Source of the DNA: an uncultured Bacteroidota bacterium
GTDB lineage: Bacteria > Bacteroidota > Bacteroidia > Flavobacteriales > Flavobacteriaceae
Direction of reading: 5' to 3'
NCBI GenBank assembly: GCA_903838055.1
Contig: CAILWV010000016.1
Coordinates: 91,252-155,251, forward strand
Length of the DNA stretch: 64,000 nt
In this document: piece by piece, positions 31,474 through 41,107 of the stretch
Position numbering within the stretch: the stretch's first letter is position 1
Layout of the letters: each line of letters starts with the position of its first letter
Notes under the pieces: model-generated
Told to the model about the DNA's origin: nothing
What the model saw: the letters and a program-made list of their open reading frames with translations, nothing else
Database searches by the model: none
Position numbers and translations under genes: made by a program

Positions 31474-31896
31474 ATGAAAAAAATACTTTTTCTCCTATTA
31501 CTTTCTGGAATTATTTTTGGATGCAGCAAAGACAAGTTTAACAACACGAATCCGTTTTTACCTAACTACAGTTTTTCTGTGGATATAAATAAAAATCTAC
31601 CTAGTTACAGCGGGTTAAATTTTGCGGGAAATGCAGTTAAGGCATACCCTGCTAATGGTCCCTCAAGAGGCGTGATTATTTTTAATACCGGAGGAACTTA
31701 TAACGCTTGGGACGGCGCTTGCCCAAACCAGGATTTAACTACCTGCTCTACTTTATTGATAAGCGGCTCCAATGCTAGTTGCCCATGCGGAAGTGAAAAT
31801 TACAATTTATTTACAGGCCTAAGCTCCGGAAAACAGTATCCTTTAAAACAATACCGAGTAGAAGTTAATGGCGATATTATTCGTGTTTATAATTAA
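31474..31896 (+). CDS. Rieske-fold-like lipoprotein lacking His ligands
   Basis: Lipobox IFGC. Rieske-like layout ACPN...SCPCGSENYNLFTG...YPLKQYRV, but no His residue. Confidence 0.6.
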   Translation: MKKILFLLLLSGIIFGCSKDKFNNTNPFLPNYSFSVDINKNLPSYSGLNFAGNAVKAYPANGPSRGVIIFNTGGTYNAWDGACPNQDLTTCSTLLISGSNASCPCGSENYNLFTGLSSGKQYPLKQYRVEVNGDIIRVYN

Positions 31897-31973
31897 TCTA
31901 TTTCGATTGAAAGTGTTAATTTCGGAACAAAATAAACAATCATCCTAGAATATTATAGTTCAATTTTCACCAT

Positions 31974-32005
31974 AAAAAAAACCCTAACTTATGTTAGGGT
32001 TTTTT
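31974..32005. terminator. Bidirectional terminator (tRNA-Gly / lipoprotein gene)
   Basis: A-run-ACCCTAAC-TTAT-GTTAGGGT-T-run. Confidence 0.75.
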
Positions 32006-32009
32006 GCAG

Positions 32010-32082
<73 letters not shown>

Positions 32083-32092
32083 ATTGTGAGTG

Positions 32093-32125
32093 CAAATATA
32101 ATGGATTTGTTTCTTTGGATGCAAA
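32093..32125 (-). promoter_or_regulatory. Bacteroidota sigma70-type promoter of tRNA-Gly
   Basis: TTTG (32122-32125), 21-nt spacer, then TATATTTG (32093-32100) on the minus strand. Confidence 0.7.
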
Positions 32126-32225
32126 TTTTTTTTGAAATTTTTTAGTATCTTTTTTATTTCGTAACTTTCAAGCTCCTAAAAGTTTTATTATTAAATTGTT
32201 ACCGATTTTAAAAATCTATATTATT

Positions 32226-32675
32226 ATGGAAATCATCAAAAATATCAGTGCAAAAGAAACATTTTTGGTTCGCCATCCTGTTTTAAGAACGGGTAAACCA
32301 ATTGAAAGTTGTGCATTTGATGGAGATGACCTGAAAACTACAGTACATTTTGGATATTTTAAAGACGAAAAATTAATTGGAGTAGTTTCTCTTTTTTATA
32401 ATAATAATAATACTACTTTTATAAACCCAAATCAATTTCAGATAAGAGGAATGGCTATTTTACCAGAATTTCAAAATCATGGATTTGGTAAAAAATTAGT
32501 GAACCACTGCGAGAATTATATACAAAATCAAAAAGACTTGTTAATTTGGTTTAACGCACGAGAAAATGCCATTTCTTTTTATGAAAAATTACATTACAAA
32601 AAAACTGGAGATCCTTTTCTTATAGCAGATATTGGACTTCATTATCTAATGAAAAAAGAAATTGATTCACCATGA
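32226..32675 (+). CDS. GNAT family N-acetyltransferase
   Basis: QIRGMAILPEFQNHGFGKKL and WFNARENAISFYEKL. ATG at 32226. Confidence 0.9.
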   Translation: MEIIKNISAKETFLVRHPVLRTGKPIESCAFDGDDLKTTVHFGYFKDEKLIGVVSLFYNNNNTTFINPNQFQIRGMAILPEFQNHGFGKKLVNHCENYIQNQKDLLIWFNARENAISFYEKLHYKKTGDPFLIADIGLHYLMKKEIDSP

Positions 32676-34375
32676 ATAAAATCTACCTAGTATCCTTAAT
32701 AATTATTTTGGCAAGTTGTAATAAAACGAACCATAATAATAATTCTATTTCTAAGTCTTCATTTTTTGATTTTTCGTTTTTTGATAAAAAGGAAATCACA
32801 ATAGATTCTCTAATTTTAATAAATTCAAAAAATGCTACACTATTAGAATTTTACAGAACTCATAAATTCAATACGGTTTGGAATTCACAATCGGATCGAG
32901 AATGGTTCCTAAATGAAATTAGTAATGCCGGAAAAGAAGGCCTAAAACCAGAAGACTATAACTACAAGGAGCTAAATTTATTGGAAGAAAATAGAGCAAA
33001 TTTATCGGATTCTATTATTTCAATATACGATATTCTTCTCACTAAAAGCACCCAACTTTACATAAACCACCTCAGTAAAGGAAAACTAAATCCAAAAAAA
33101 CTCTATTCTAATTGGGATCTAGAAGAGAAAAAAATCCTTGTTAATAAAATATTGAGTGATGGTTTAGATAATAATAATTTAAAAAATGCTATTGAAAACT
33201 GCAAACCAAAACATTTAGTTTATCAAAAATTAAAAGAAAGTTTGAGAATTTTAAAGCAATTCCCAGAAGATAACCTTAAAGAGCTTGTTGATTTAAAAGA
33301 AAAAATAGTTCCAAACAAGAAAAATAAATACCTTCCTTTAATCAAAAAAAGGTTGTTTTATTGGGGGGATATGATTGAAAAAGACACACTTTTAACTACG
33401 CTTTACAACAAGAAAACACAAGAAGCAGTTAAGATTTTTCAAGCTAGACACGGACTTAAACCGGATGCTGTTATTGGAAGAAGCACCATTGACGCGCTTA
33501 ATTTTAGTAGAAATCAAAGAATTGAACAAGTCATTGCAAACTTAGAACGGTGGAGGTGGTTTGCCAATGATTTTGGCGAGCATTATTTGTTAATTAACAT
33601 TCCTGATTATTCTATTGTTGCGGTAAAAAAAAGTGACACGCTTCAGTCACAACGCGTTGTGGTAGGTAAAGAATCTCGGAAAACCCCTGTATTGGATTCT
33701 AAAATATCCAACATAAATCTAAACCCTAATTGGACTGTTCCTCCTACCATATTAAAAGAAGATATTTACCCAGATGCTATTCGTAACTGCGGCATTTTCA
33801 AGAAAAAAGGTTTGATTATTTTAGACGAAAAAAACAACGAAATAAACCCATATTCTTGGAAGATGGAGGATACCTATAAATATAAATACGTTCAAAAACC
33901 TAGTAGAAACAATTCTTTGGGATCAATGAAAATAAATTTTCCAAATCATTATTCAGTTTATTTACATGACACCAACCACAGAAATTTTTTTGCCTATTCT
34001 TATAGATCTTTAAGTTCTGGTTGCGTACGATTAGAAAAACCTTTAGAAATGGCAACTTATATAATAAATGACACTATAAAATGGCCACTTCAAAAAATTA
34101 AAGATACTACCGATATTGTTTATTATCGAAAATTAGCAAGAAAAAAACAACAAGAAATTGACTCTAAAAACGCTAAATTATTAGCTAAAAATCCGAAATT
34201 AATTATTGAAAACAAGCAATTACCAAAGCCCGAATTAAAAACTATTGTCATTAAAGTTAATGAGGATATTCGTCTACATCAACTTTATTGGACCGCTTGG
34301 GAAACCAATGGCATACTTAACTTTAGAGAAGATATTTATTGTTTGGATTCTGATTTATATAATAAATTAAGATAG
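32672..34375 (+). CDS. L,D-transpeptidase lipoprotein, YcbB/LdtD-like, with peptidoglycan-binding domain
   Basis: Lipobox LASC, AVKIFQARHGL, IANLERWRW, NPNWTVP and YLHDT...SSGCVRL. Confidence 0.9.
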   Translation: MNKIYLVSLIIILASCNKTNHNNNSISKSSFFDFSFFDKKEITIDSLILINSKNATLLEFYRTHKFNTVWNSQSDREWFLNEISNAGKEGLKPEDYNYKELNLLEENRANLSDSIISIYDILLTKSTQLYINHLSKGKLNPKKLYSNWDLEEKKILVNKILSDGLDNNNLKNAIENCKPKHLVYQKLKESLRILKQFPEDNLKELVDLKEKIVPNKKNKYLPLIKKRLFYWGDMIEKDTLLTTLYNKKTQEAVKIFQARHGLKPDAVIGRSTIDALNFSRNQRIEQVIANLERWRWFANDFGEHYLLINIPDYSIVAVKKSDTLQSQRVVVGKESRKTPVLDSKISNINLNPNWTVPPTILKEDIYPDAIRNCGIFKKKGLIILDEKNNEINPYSWKMEDTYKYKYVQKPSRNNSLGSMKINFPNHYSVYLHDTNHRNFFAYSYRSLSSGCVRLEKPLEMATYIINDTIKWPLQKIKDTTDIVYYRKLARKKQQEIDSKNAKLLAKNPKLIIENKQLPKPELKTIVIKVNEDIRLHQLYWTAWETNGILNFREDIYCLDSDLYNKLR

Positions 34376-35074
34376 TAATTTAGAACTTATAGTATTGTTT
34401 TTATCGGAGTGATAAATAAAGAGACAGGATTTGTTTTTTATTATTTCAATTATCTTTTTACTCAATTCATTCGGTACAGCAGGACAACCGTGGCTTTTAC
34501 CAAGTCGGTTATGATTTTTAAGGAAATTTTCCGACACATAATCCGCACCATGAATTACAATAGATCTTTCGCGCGCATTATCGTTAATTCCTTTTTCTAA
34601 TCCATCCAATTTTAATGATGTTCCGTGTTTTCCTTGGTACACTTCTCCAGTTGCAAAAAATCCAAGACTACTTTTATTAGACTCGTTAGCATTAGAAAAT
34701 TGATTTGCAAAATCCTCACCTGAATTTTTTCCGTGTGCAACCAAAGAATTCATGACAATTTTATTTTGAGTCATATCAATAATCCATAAACGCTTTACTC
34801 TAGAACTCAAGCTAAAGTCTATTATTGTGAGAAAATCCTTTTTAAAAAATCCTTTTTCTTTATAAGAATAATAACCAATTAAAGCCTCCGAGAAACTCTC
34901 TAAATCTGGAAGTTTGAAATTATTTGATATCAAAGAATTGTATATTGAAACCACTTTCTTAGAATTAGAAATACTATGCATTGCCCATTTTTTGGGATGT
35001 ATGTCTTTCTTAAAAGTCGGAAGCACTAAAAAAAGTCCAGATAGAAATAAGATTAATAAAGTAGGTTGTTTCAT
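34367..35074 (-). CDS. Murein L,D-transpeptidase catalytic domain protein (YkuD_2-like)
   Basis: IIDFSLSS...KRLWIID, VAHGKNSG, SSLGFF and IVIHGADY...SHGCPAV. Confidence 0.88.
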   Translation of the reverse strand: MKQPTLLILFLSGLFLVLPTFKKDIHPKKWAMHSISNSKKVVSIYNSLISNNFKLPDLESFSEALIGYYSYKEKGFFKKDFLTIIDFSLSSRVKRLWIIDMTQNKIVMNSLVAHGKNSGEDFANQFSNANESNKSSLGFFATGEVYQGKHGTSLKLDGLEKGINDNARERSIVIHGADYVSENFLKNHNRLGKSHGCPAVPNELSKKIIEIIKNKSCLFIYHSDKNNTISSKLLS

Positions 35075-35290
35075 AATTTCAATTAGGATTTATTTAATTA
35101 TTCATTAATACAAAGATACTTACGCATTGAAGATTTGTCAAGTTAATTGTATAATATTTAACGATTAAAAGCGTTATTACTCGACAAAACGCAAATATGT
35201 TTTGTCTTTTGTTGATTACAAAAAAGGAAAGATGATTTTGTATGAAAATTCATTCATAATAAAATTTTCTTTAAGAACTATATAAAAAAT

Positions 35291-35316
35291 TGTAACAATT
35301 AACAAATGTTTTAGTC
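35291..35316 (+). promoter_or_regulatory. Candidate ECF-sigma promoter (TGTAAC-N16-AGTC)
   Basis: TGTAAC AATTAACAAATGTTTT AGTC(TA), 46 nt upstream of ATG 35363. Same architecture as 5901-5926. Confidence 0.4.
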
Positions 35317-35362
35317 TATTGTACTCACAGACATTTTAACTTTGCGGATTGAAATAAAAACT

Positions 35363-37792
35363 ATGCAGAAATTACTATCTAATTTTTTCCTTTTTCTAAT
35401 ATTAATAACTAGCATAGGGTATTCACAAACTGCCAAGAAAAGTTTGCACACCAAATTTTGTGATGAAAAAATCATTGTAGACAGCAAACTAAATGAAGAA
35501 ATTTGGAAAAATGCCGAAGTAGCTAAGGACTTCTTAATGATTGATCCCGATAACGGAAAACCAGAGCCAAAAGAAAGAAGAACTGAGGTAAAAGTAGTCT
35601 ACGATAATGATGCTATTTATATTGGCGCAGTTTTATATGACAACGAACCTAGTAAAATTAGAAAAGAACTTACATCTAGAGATAATTGGGCTACCGCCGA
35701 TATGTTTGGTGTATTCGTTAACGGCTATAATGACGGGCAACAAGAATCAAGATTTGCTGTTAGTGCCGCCGGAGTTCAATTAGATTGTATGTATACAAGT
35801 ACTACTGATCAAGATTTTTCTTGGAATGCTATATGGGATAGTCATGTGGAAATTACAAATTATGGCTGGGTGGTTGAAATGAAAATCCCTTATGCTGCAT
35901 TGCGTTTTTCATCGGATAAAAAACAAACTTGGGGTCTGAATTTTTATAGAGATATTAGCAGAGATAGACAAAAATTCACTTGGAATTTAATTGATAATAA
36001 AATCAATAATGAGAGTGTTCAGGCTGGAGTATTAGATGGTATTGAAAACATAGAAACCCCTACCCGATTGTTTTTAATTCCTTATTCTTCTTACTATTTA
36101 AATAGCACAAAAGAGCAAACCACAGGAAAGCTTAAAGGTGGTTTGGACATAAAATACGGCATTAACGATGCCTTTACTTTGGATGCAATCATGGTTCCTG
36201 ATTTTGGCCAAACTGTCTATGACAATGTAGTTTTAAATTTAAGTCCGTTTGAACAACAATTCAGCGAAAATCGTCCTTTCTTTACTGAAGGAACAGATTT
36301 ATTTAACAAAGGTGGGATTTTTTATTCTCGTAGAATTGGTGGTGGTCCTTCAACCTCCGCTAATCTTGGTGCTGATGAAACTTTTACTAAAAATCCTGCA
36401 ACTGTAAACCTACTAAATGCCTTGAAAATTTCGGGCAGAACTAATAGCGGAATGGGAATTGGAATATTAAATGCGGTTACCGATAAAACATTTGCCGAAA
36501 TAAGAAATACAGCCACTGGTGCAGAACGAAAAGAACTAGTAGAACCATTAGCCAATTATAATGTATTAGTATTAAATCAACGATTCCGAAAAAACTCCTC
36601 CGTTTCTCTTGTGAACACAAACGTAACTAGAAATGGAGAATTCCGTGATGCTAATGTGTCGGCTTTGGTTTTCGATTTGAATACTAAGAAAAACACCTTC
36701 AATTTAACAGGGGATGTAAAATACAGTTATGTAAACGATTTTGGTACTTCCGAGAATAAAAAAGGACATGAAATGTCGTTGAATTTTTCTGAAACTAGCG
36801 GAAAATTTCGCTATTCCGTAGGAACCGAATACTATTCGAAAGATTATGATCCAAACGACTTAGGTATTAATTTCCAAACCCATTACCACGATATTTATGC
36901 TAACCAAAGTTATCGTATATTAAATCCAACCAAAAAATTTAATAGTTTTTATATTGGATTAAATGAATATATAGAATTTGATAACCGTACGGATAGAGCA
37001 CAAAATGCAAGTTTTTCTTTAAACCTAAACACAGTCAATAAGAAAAATGATTATTATGGCTATGGTATGAGTTTTAGACCATTAAAAACTTCTGATTTTT
37101 ATGAAGCAAGGTCAGAAAATGAAATGAAATTCTTCTTACAACCTGAGTTTATTAATCCTTGGTTTTATCTTTCTACAAACTACAACCGAAAATTTGCTTT
37201 AGATTTAAATCCTTCCTTTGCAATAGTAAATGGAAAAGACCGCTATAACTTAAATGCTTCCATAACTCCGAGATACCGTTTTAGCGACAAATTCTCATTG
37301 AATTATTCTTTTACTTATAATTACCAAAACAATACTATCGGTTGGGCTGCATTTGACACTAACTCAAATACCATATTCGCAAGAAGAAACAGAACCACCT
37401 ATAGCAATTCTCTAGAAGGTAAATACTCCATAAATAATGTCATGAACTTTAACTTAAGCGTAAGACATTACTGGAGTTATGCACTTTCTAATAAATTTAT
37501 GTCCCTAAAAGAGGATGGAACCCTGGAGGATACTAGTTATTCTACAAACCAGGACCGTTACTATAATTCTTGGAATCTTGATTTGTCATATTCTTGGTGG
37601 TTTGCACCAGGAAGTCAAATTTCTGTCTTGTATAGAAATAGTTCTACTTATTACCCTGATGCTGATTTTAGTCAAAATTACGGGGAAAATTTCAAGAATG
37701 TATTTCGTCCGGAAAATTTAAATAATGTGCTCTCCATTAGCATTCGTTATTTTATTGATTACAATAGGGCAAAACACTGGTTTTCTAACTAA
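35363..37792 (+). CDS. DUF5916 outer-membrane protein with CBM9-like N-terminal domain
   Basis: Signal peptide, WVVEMKIPYAALRF, PDFGQ and ENRPFFTEG motifs. Confidence 0.8.
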   Translation: MQKLLSNFFLFLILITSIGYSQTAKKSLHTKFCDEKIIVDSKLNEEIWKNAEVAKDFLMIDPDNGKPEPKERRTEVKVVYDNDAIYIGAVLYDNEPSKIRKELTSRDNWATADMFGVFVNGYNDGQQESRFAVSAAGVQLDCMYTSTTDQDFSWNAIWDSHVEITNYGWVVEMKIPYAALRFSSDKKQTWGLNFYRDISRDRQKFTWNLIDNKINNESVQAGVLDGIENIETPTRLFLIPYSSYYLNSTKEQTTGKLKGGLDIKYGINDAFTLDAIMVPDFGQTVYDNVVLNLSPFEQQFSENRPFFTEGTDLFNKGGIFYSRRIGGGPSTSANLGADETFTKNPATVNLLNALKISGRTNSGMGIGILNAVTDKTFAEIRNTATGAERKELVEPLANYNVLVLNQRFRKNSSVSLVNTNVTRNGEFRDANVSALVFDLNTKKNTFNLTGDVKYSYVNDFGTSENKKGHEMSLNFSETSGKFRYSVGTEYYSKDYDPNDLGINFQTHYHDIYANQSYRILNPTKKFNSFYIGLNEYIEFDNRTDRAQNASFSLNLNTVNKKNDYYGYGMSFRPLKTSDFYEARSENEMKFFLQPEFINPWFYLSTNYNRKFALDLNPSFAIVNGKDRYNLNASITPRYRFSDKFSLNYSFTYNYQNNTIGWAAFDTNSNTIFARRNRTTYSNSLEGKYSINNVMNFNLSVRHYWSYALSNKFMSLKEDGTLEDTSYSTNQDRYYNSWNLDLSYSWWFAPGSQISVLYRNSSTYYPDADFSQNYGENFKNVFRPENLNNVLSISIRYFIDYNRAKHWFSN

Positions 37793-37909
37793 TACCTCAT
37801 CATTTTTTTTTGTAAATACTAAAACGTTTTCGTTTTTTTTGGTTAAAATTACTGCCTTCTTTCCTATTGCGCTTTTGCAAATGATTACCTTTGTGAAAAT
37901 TTAAATCTC

Positions 37910-39427
37910 ATGAATAAGAAAGTAATTTTAATGATTCTAGATGGTTGGGGTAAATCACCCGATCCAAAAGTATCCGCTATAGATAATGCAACTATTCCTT
38001 TTATAAATAGTTTATATACCAAATACCCTAGCGCCCAACTAAGAACAGACGGATTAAATGTAGGTTTGCCTGAAGGACAAATGGGAAATTCGGAAGTGGG
38101 ACACATGAACTTGGGTGCCGGACGAATTGTGTACCAAGATTTGGCTAAAATAAATTTGGCGGTTCAAAACAAAACCATGAACCAAGAAAAGCCGCTTTTG
38201 GATGCCTTTCAATATGCCAAAGACCACAATAAAAAAGTGCATTTTTTAGGATTAGTTTCTAATGGTGGCGTGCATTCGCATACTTCCCATTTATACGGTT
38301 TATTAGATGCAGCCAAAGACTTTGGATTACAAAAAGTATTTGTGCATGCCTTTACAGATGGACGCGATGTAGATCCTAAATCGGCTGCGACCGATATTGC
38401 CAATTTAGAAAATCATATGAAAGATTCTAATGCTAAAATTGCTACCATAATTGGTCGTTATTATGCAATGGATCGTGATAAACGTTGGGAAAGAGTAAAA
38501 CTTGCATACGATGTATTGGTAGAAAATGAAGGTACTCACTCTACCAATGCCGTAGAAAGTATTCAAAAAAGTTATGCCGAAAATGTAACCGATGAATTCT
38601 TACAACCTCTTGTTATGGTGGATGCAAACGATGTACCACTAGCAAAAATAGAAGAAGATGATGTAGTTATTTTCTTTAATTTCCGAACCGATAGAGGTCG
38701 TGAGTTGACAGAAGTGCTTTCGCAAAAAGACCTGCACGAATTCAATATGCACAAAATGAATTTGTATTATGTCACCATGACCAATTATGACGATACGTTC
38801 CAAAATGTTCATGTAATTTATGATAAAGACAACCTTACCGAAACGCTAGGTGAGATATTAGAAAAAGCGGGGAAAACTCAAATTCGTATTGCTGAAACCG
38901 AAAAATACCCACACGTTACCTTTTTCTTTTCTGGAGGAAGAGAGATTCCGTTTGTGGGAGAAACCCGAATTTTACGCAACTCTCCAAAAGTAGCCACCTA
39001 CGACCTACAACCCGAAATGAGTGCCTTCGAGTTGAAAGATGCTTTAGTTCCTGAACTTAAAAAAGGAGAAGTAGATTTTGTATGTCTTAATTTTGCCAAT
39101 GGCGATATGGTGGGACATACCGGTGTAATGGCTGCTGCAATTAAAGCCTGTGAAGCGGTTGATGCATGTGTAAAAGAAGTTGTAGAAGCAGCTCTTGAAA
39201 ACAATTATACCACCATAATCATTGCCGACCACGGAAATTGTGAAACGATGATTAACCCAGATGGCTCACCAAATACGGCACATACTACCAACCCAGTGCC
39301 AATTATTTTGGTAGATAAAGAATTGAAATCCATTCACGATGGCGTTCTTGGTGATATTGCTCCTACTATTTTAGATTTAATGGGAGTAGCAAAACCAGAA
39401 GCAATGACAAGACATTCGTTGTTGTAA
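37910..39427 (+). CDS. gpmI: 2,3-bisphosphoglycerate-independent phosphoglycerate mutase
   Basis: ILDGWG, QMGNSEVGH, AETEKYPHVT, DMVGHTG and ADHGN. Confidence 0.97.
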   Translation: MNKKVILMILDGWGKSPDPKVSAIDNATIPFINSLYTKYPSAQLRTDGLNVGLPEGQMGNSEVGHMNLGAGRIVYQDLAKINLAVQNKTMNQEKPLLDAFQYAKDHNKKVHFLGLVSNGGVHSHTSHLYGLLDAAKDFGLQKVFVHAFTDGRDVDPKSAATDIANLENHMKDSNAKIATIIGRYYAMDRDKRWERVKLAYDVLVENEGTHSTNAVESIQKSYAENVTDEFLQPLVMVDANDVPLAKIEEDDVVIFFNFRTDRGRELTEVLSQKDLHEFNMHKMNLYYVTMTNYDDTFQNVHVIYDKDNLTETLGEILEKAGKTQIRIAETEKYPHVTFFFSGGREIPFVGETRILRNSPKVATYDLQPEMSAFELKDALVPELKKGEVDFVCLNFANGDMVGHTGVMAAAIKACEAVDACVKEVVEAALENNYTTIIIADHGNCETMINPDGSPNTAHTTNPVPIILVDKELKSIHDGVLGDIAPTILDLMGVAKPEAMTRHSLL

Positions 39428-39459
39428 AATAAATAATCCCAAAAAAATCCATTCTTTCT

Positions 39460-39489
39460 CCCTCTCCTTTGGAGAGGGTTGGGGTGAGG
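39460..39489 (+). repeat. REP-like GC-rich hairpin CCCTCTCC-TTT-GGAGAGGG-TT-GGGGTGAGG
   Basis: Perfect 8-bp stem plus GGGGTGAGG tail; strongly GC-rich in an AT-rich spacer. Confidence 0.6.
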
Positions 39490-39501
39490 TTAAAAATATA
39501 A

Positions 39502-39533
39502 AATGCCTTTCATAAGAAAGGCATTGTTTTTTT
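39502..39533. terminator. Intrinsic terminator between gpmI and the CoA-transferase gene
   Basis: AATGCCTTTC-ATAA-GAAAGGCATT followed by GTTTTTTT. Confidence 0.7.
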
Positions 39534-39594
39534 ATGAAAGAAATAGTTACAAAAAATTATTTATCCTGTAGCAATTTCATTAATTGTATTTGTT

Positions 39595-39639
39595 CTTTTC
39601 AAACCTGACAGGTTTTGTAAACCTGTCAGGTTTGAAAAG
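39595..39639. repeat. Double palindrome (21-bp perfect inverted repeat, 3-nt loop)
   Basis: CTTTTC AAACCTGACAGGTTT TGT AAACCTGTCAGGTTT GAAAAG. Each 15-mer is itself a palindrome around its central base. Confidence 0.85.
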
Positions 39640-39654
39640 TAGGAGAATAATAAC

Positions 39655-40929
39655 CTACAATTTATTGAATAATTCATAGTATTCTCTATCAATACTTTCT
39701 TGGTGGTTGGGATGTGAAATTTTCACTAACTCCGTGGCACGTTGGCGAAGGGTTTTTCCGTATAAATCGGCAATTCCATACTCGGTGATGACGTAATGAA
39801 TGTGGGCTCTTGTGGTAACTACCCCGGCTCCTTGTTTTAAGAAAGGAACGATTCGGCTTACGCCTTTTTTTGTTGTAGATGGTAGCGCAATTATTGCTTT
39901 TCCACCCGGACTTAATGACGCGCCACGAATAAAATCCATTTGGCCTCCAACGCCTGAATACATTTGTGGCCCAATAGAATCGGCACATACTTGACCAGTA
40001 AGATCGACTTCAATAGCCGAATTTATTGCAACCATTTTAGGGTTTTTACGAATTCGTGCTGTGTCGTTTACCATGGAAGATTCTTTCATTTCAATAAACG
40101 GATTGTCGCTTACAAAATCATACAAACGCTTAGATCCCATTAAAAAAGTAGCCAATACTCTGCCTCGTAAAGTGCCTTTATAATTACAATTGATAATGTC
40201 TTTTTCTATTAAATCAATCACCCCATCCGAGAACATTTCGGTATGTAGCCCTAAATCTTTATGGTTGGTTAATTTACTTAATGCAGCGTTTGGTATAGAT
40301 CCAATACCCATTTGGAGGGTACTTTTATCTTCAATTAAGGAAGCTATATAGGTTCCTATTTTTTCTTCTTCGGCAGTAAAAGGTTCCGGATCGTGACCAT
40401 AAATTGGCAGGTTAACATCTACCAATTAATCAATTTCAGAAACGTGCAAAATTCCGTCTCCAAAGGTTCTTGGCATTTGCGGATTTACTTGAGCTACTAC
40501 AATCTTAGCGTTTTCTATTGCTGCAACGGTTGCCTCTACTGAAACTCCAAGGGAGCAATATCCATGGCGATCGGGTGGTGAAACGTGAATGAAAGCAACA
40601 TCAAGAGGCAAAACATTTTTGCGGAATAAATGTGGTAATTCACTCAAAAAAACCGGAGTGTAAGATCCGTTTCCAGCTTTTAAAGTATGGCGAACATTAG
40701 CGCCAATGAAAAAAGAATTTACATGAAAACTTTCTGCTAAAGCAGGGTTTGCATAGCGCGCCTCTCCTTCAACATGGAGGTGGCAAATTTCTACATTACG
40801 CAATTCAGAAGCTCTTTCTGTTAATGCATTTGATAATATTGTTGGCGCGGCAGCGGCAGCTTGGAGGTATACCCTATCTCCTGATTTTACAACTTTTACA
40901 GCATCTGCTGCGGTTACATATTTACTCAT
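39655..40929 (-). pseudogene. Acetyl-CoA hydrolase/CoA-transferase interrupted by an in-frame TAA (40426-40428)
   Basis: The two track ORFs are in the same frame and abut: ...HVSEID*LVDVNLPIY... The N-half has FFIGANVR and the C-half has TLQMGIG, HTEMFSDG and GVGGQMDF. Confidence 0.8.
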
Positions 40930-41107
40930 ACCTAATAAATTTATGCAAAGTTAAAGGTTAAACCTGCTATAAAATATGACAAAACTCATACTTGGATAAA
41001 ATTCCAATAACACTGCTGGAATACAATAACTAGTGTTGTAAATTTTATATAATGGAAGGTCAAATACTGAACACTTTTCACTATTTTTGCGCTCTCAAAT
41101 AAAGATA

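Noticed and set aside
35183-35206. GACAAAAC-N8-GTTTTGTC inverted repeat between divergent genes
   Set aside because: Short, AT-rich and single-copy; it cannot be distinguished from chance or a weak terminator.
37910-40929. Apparently higher GC and more C-ending codons in gpmI and the CoA-transferase (also 25544-26920) as a sign of horizontal transfer
   Set aside because: Impression by eye only, not computed. These are core genes with no mobility hallmarks.
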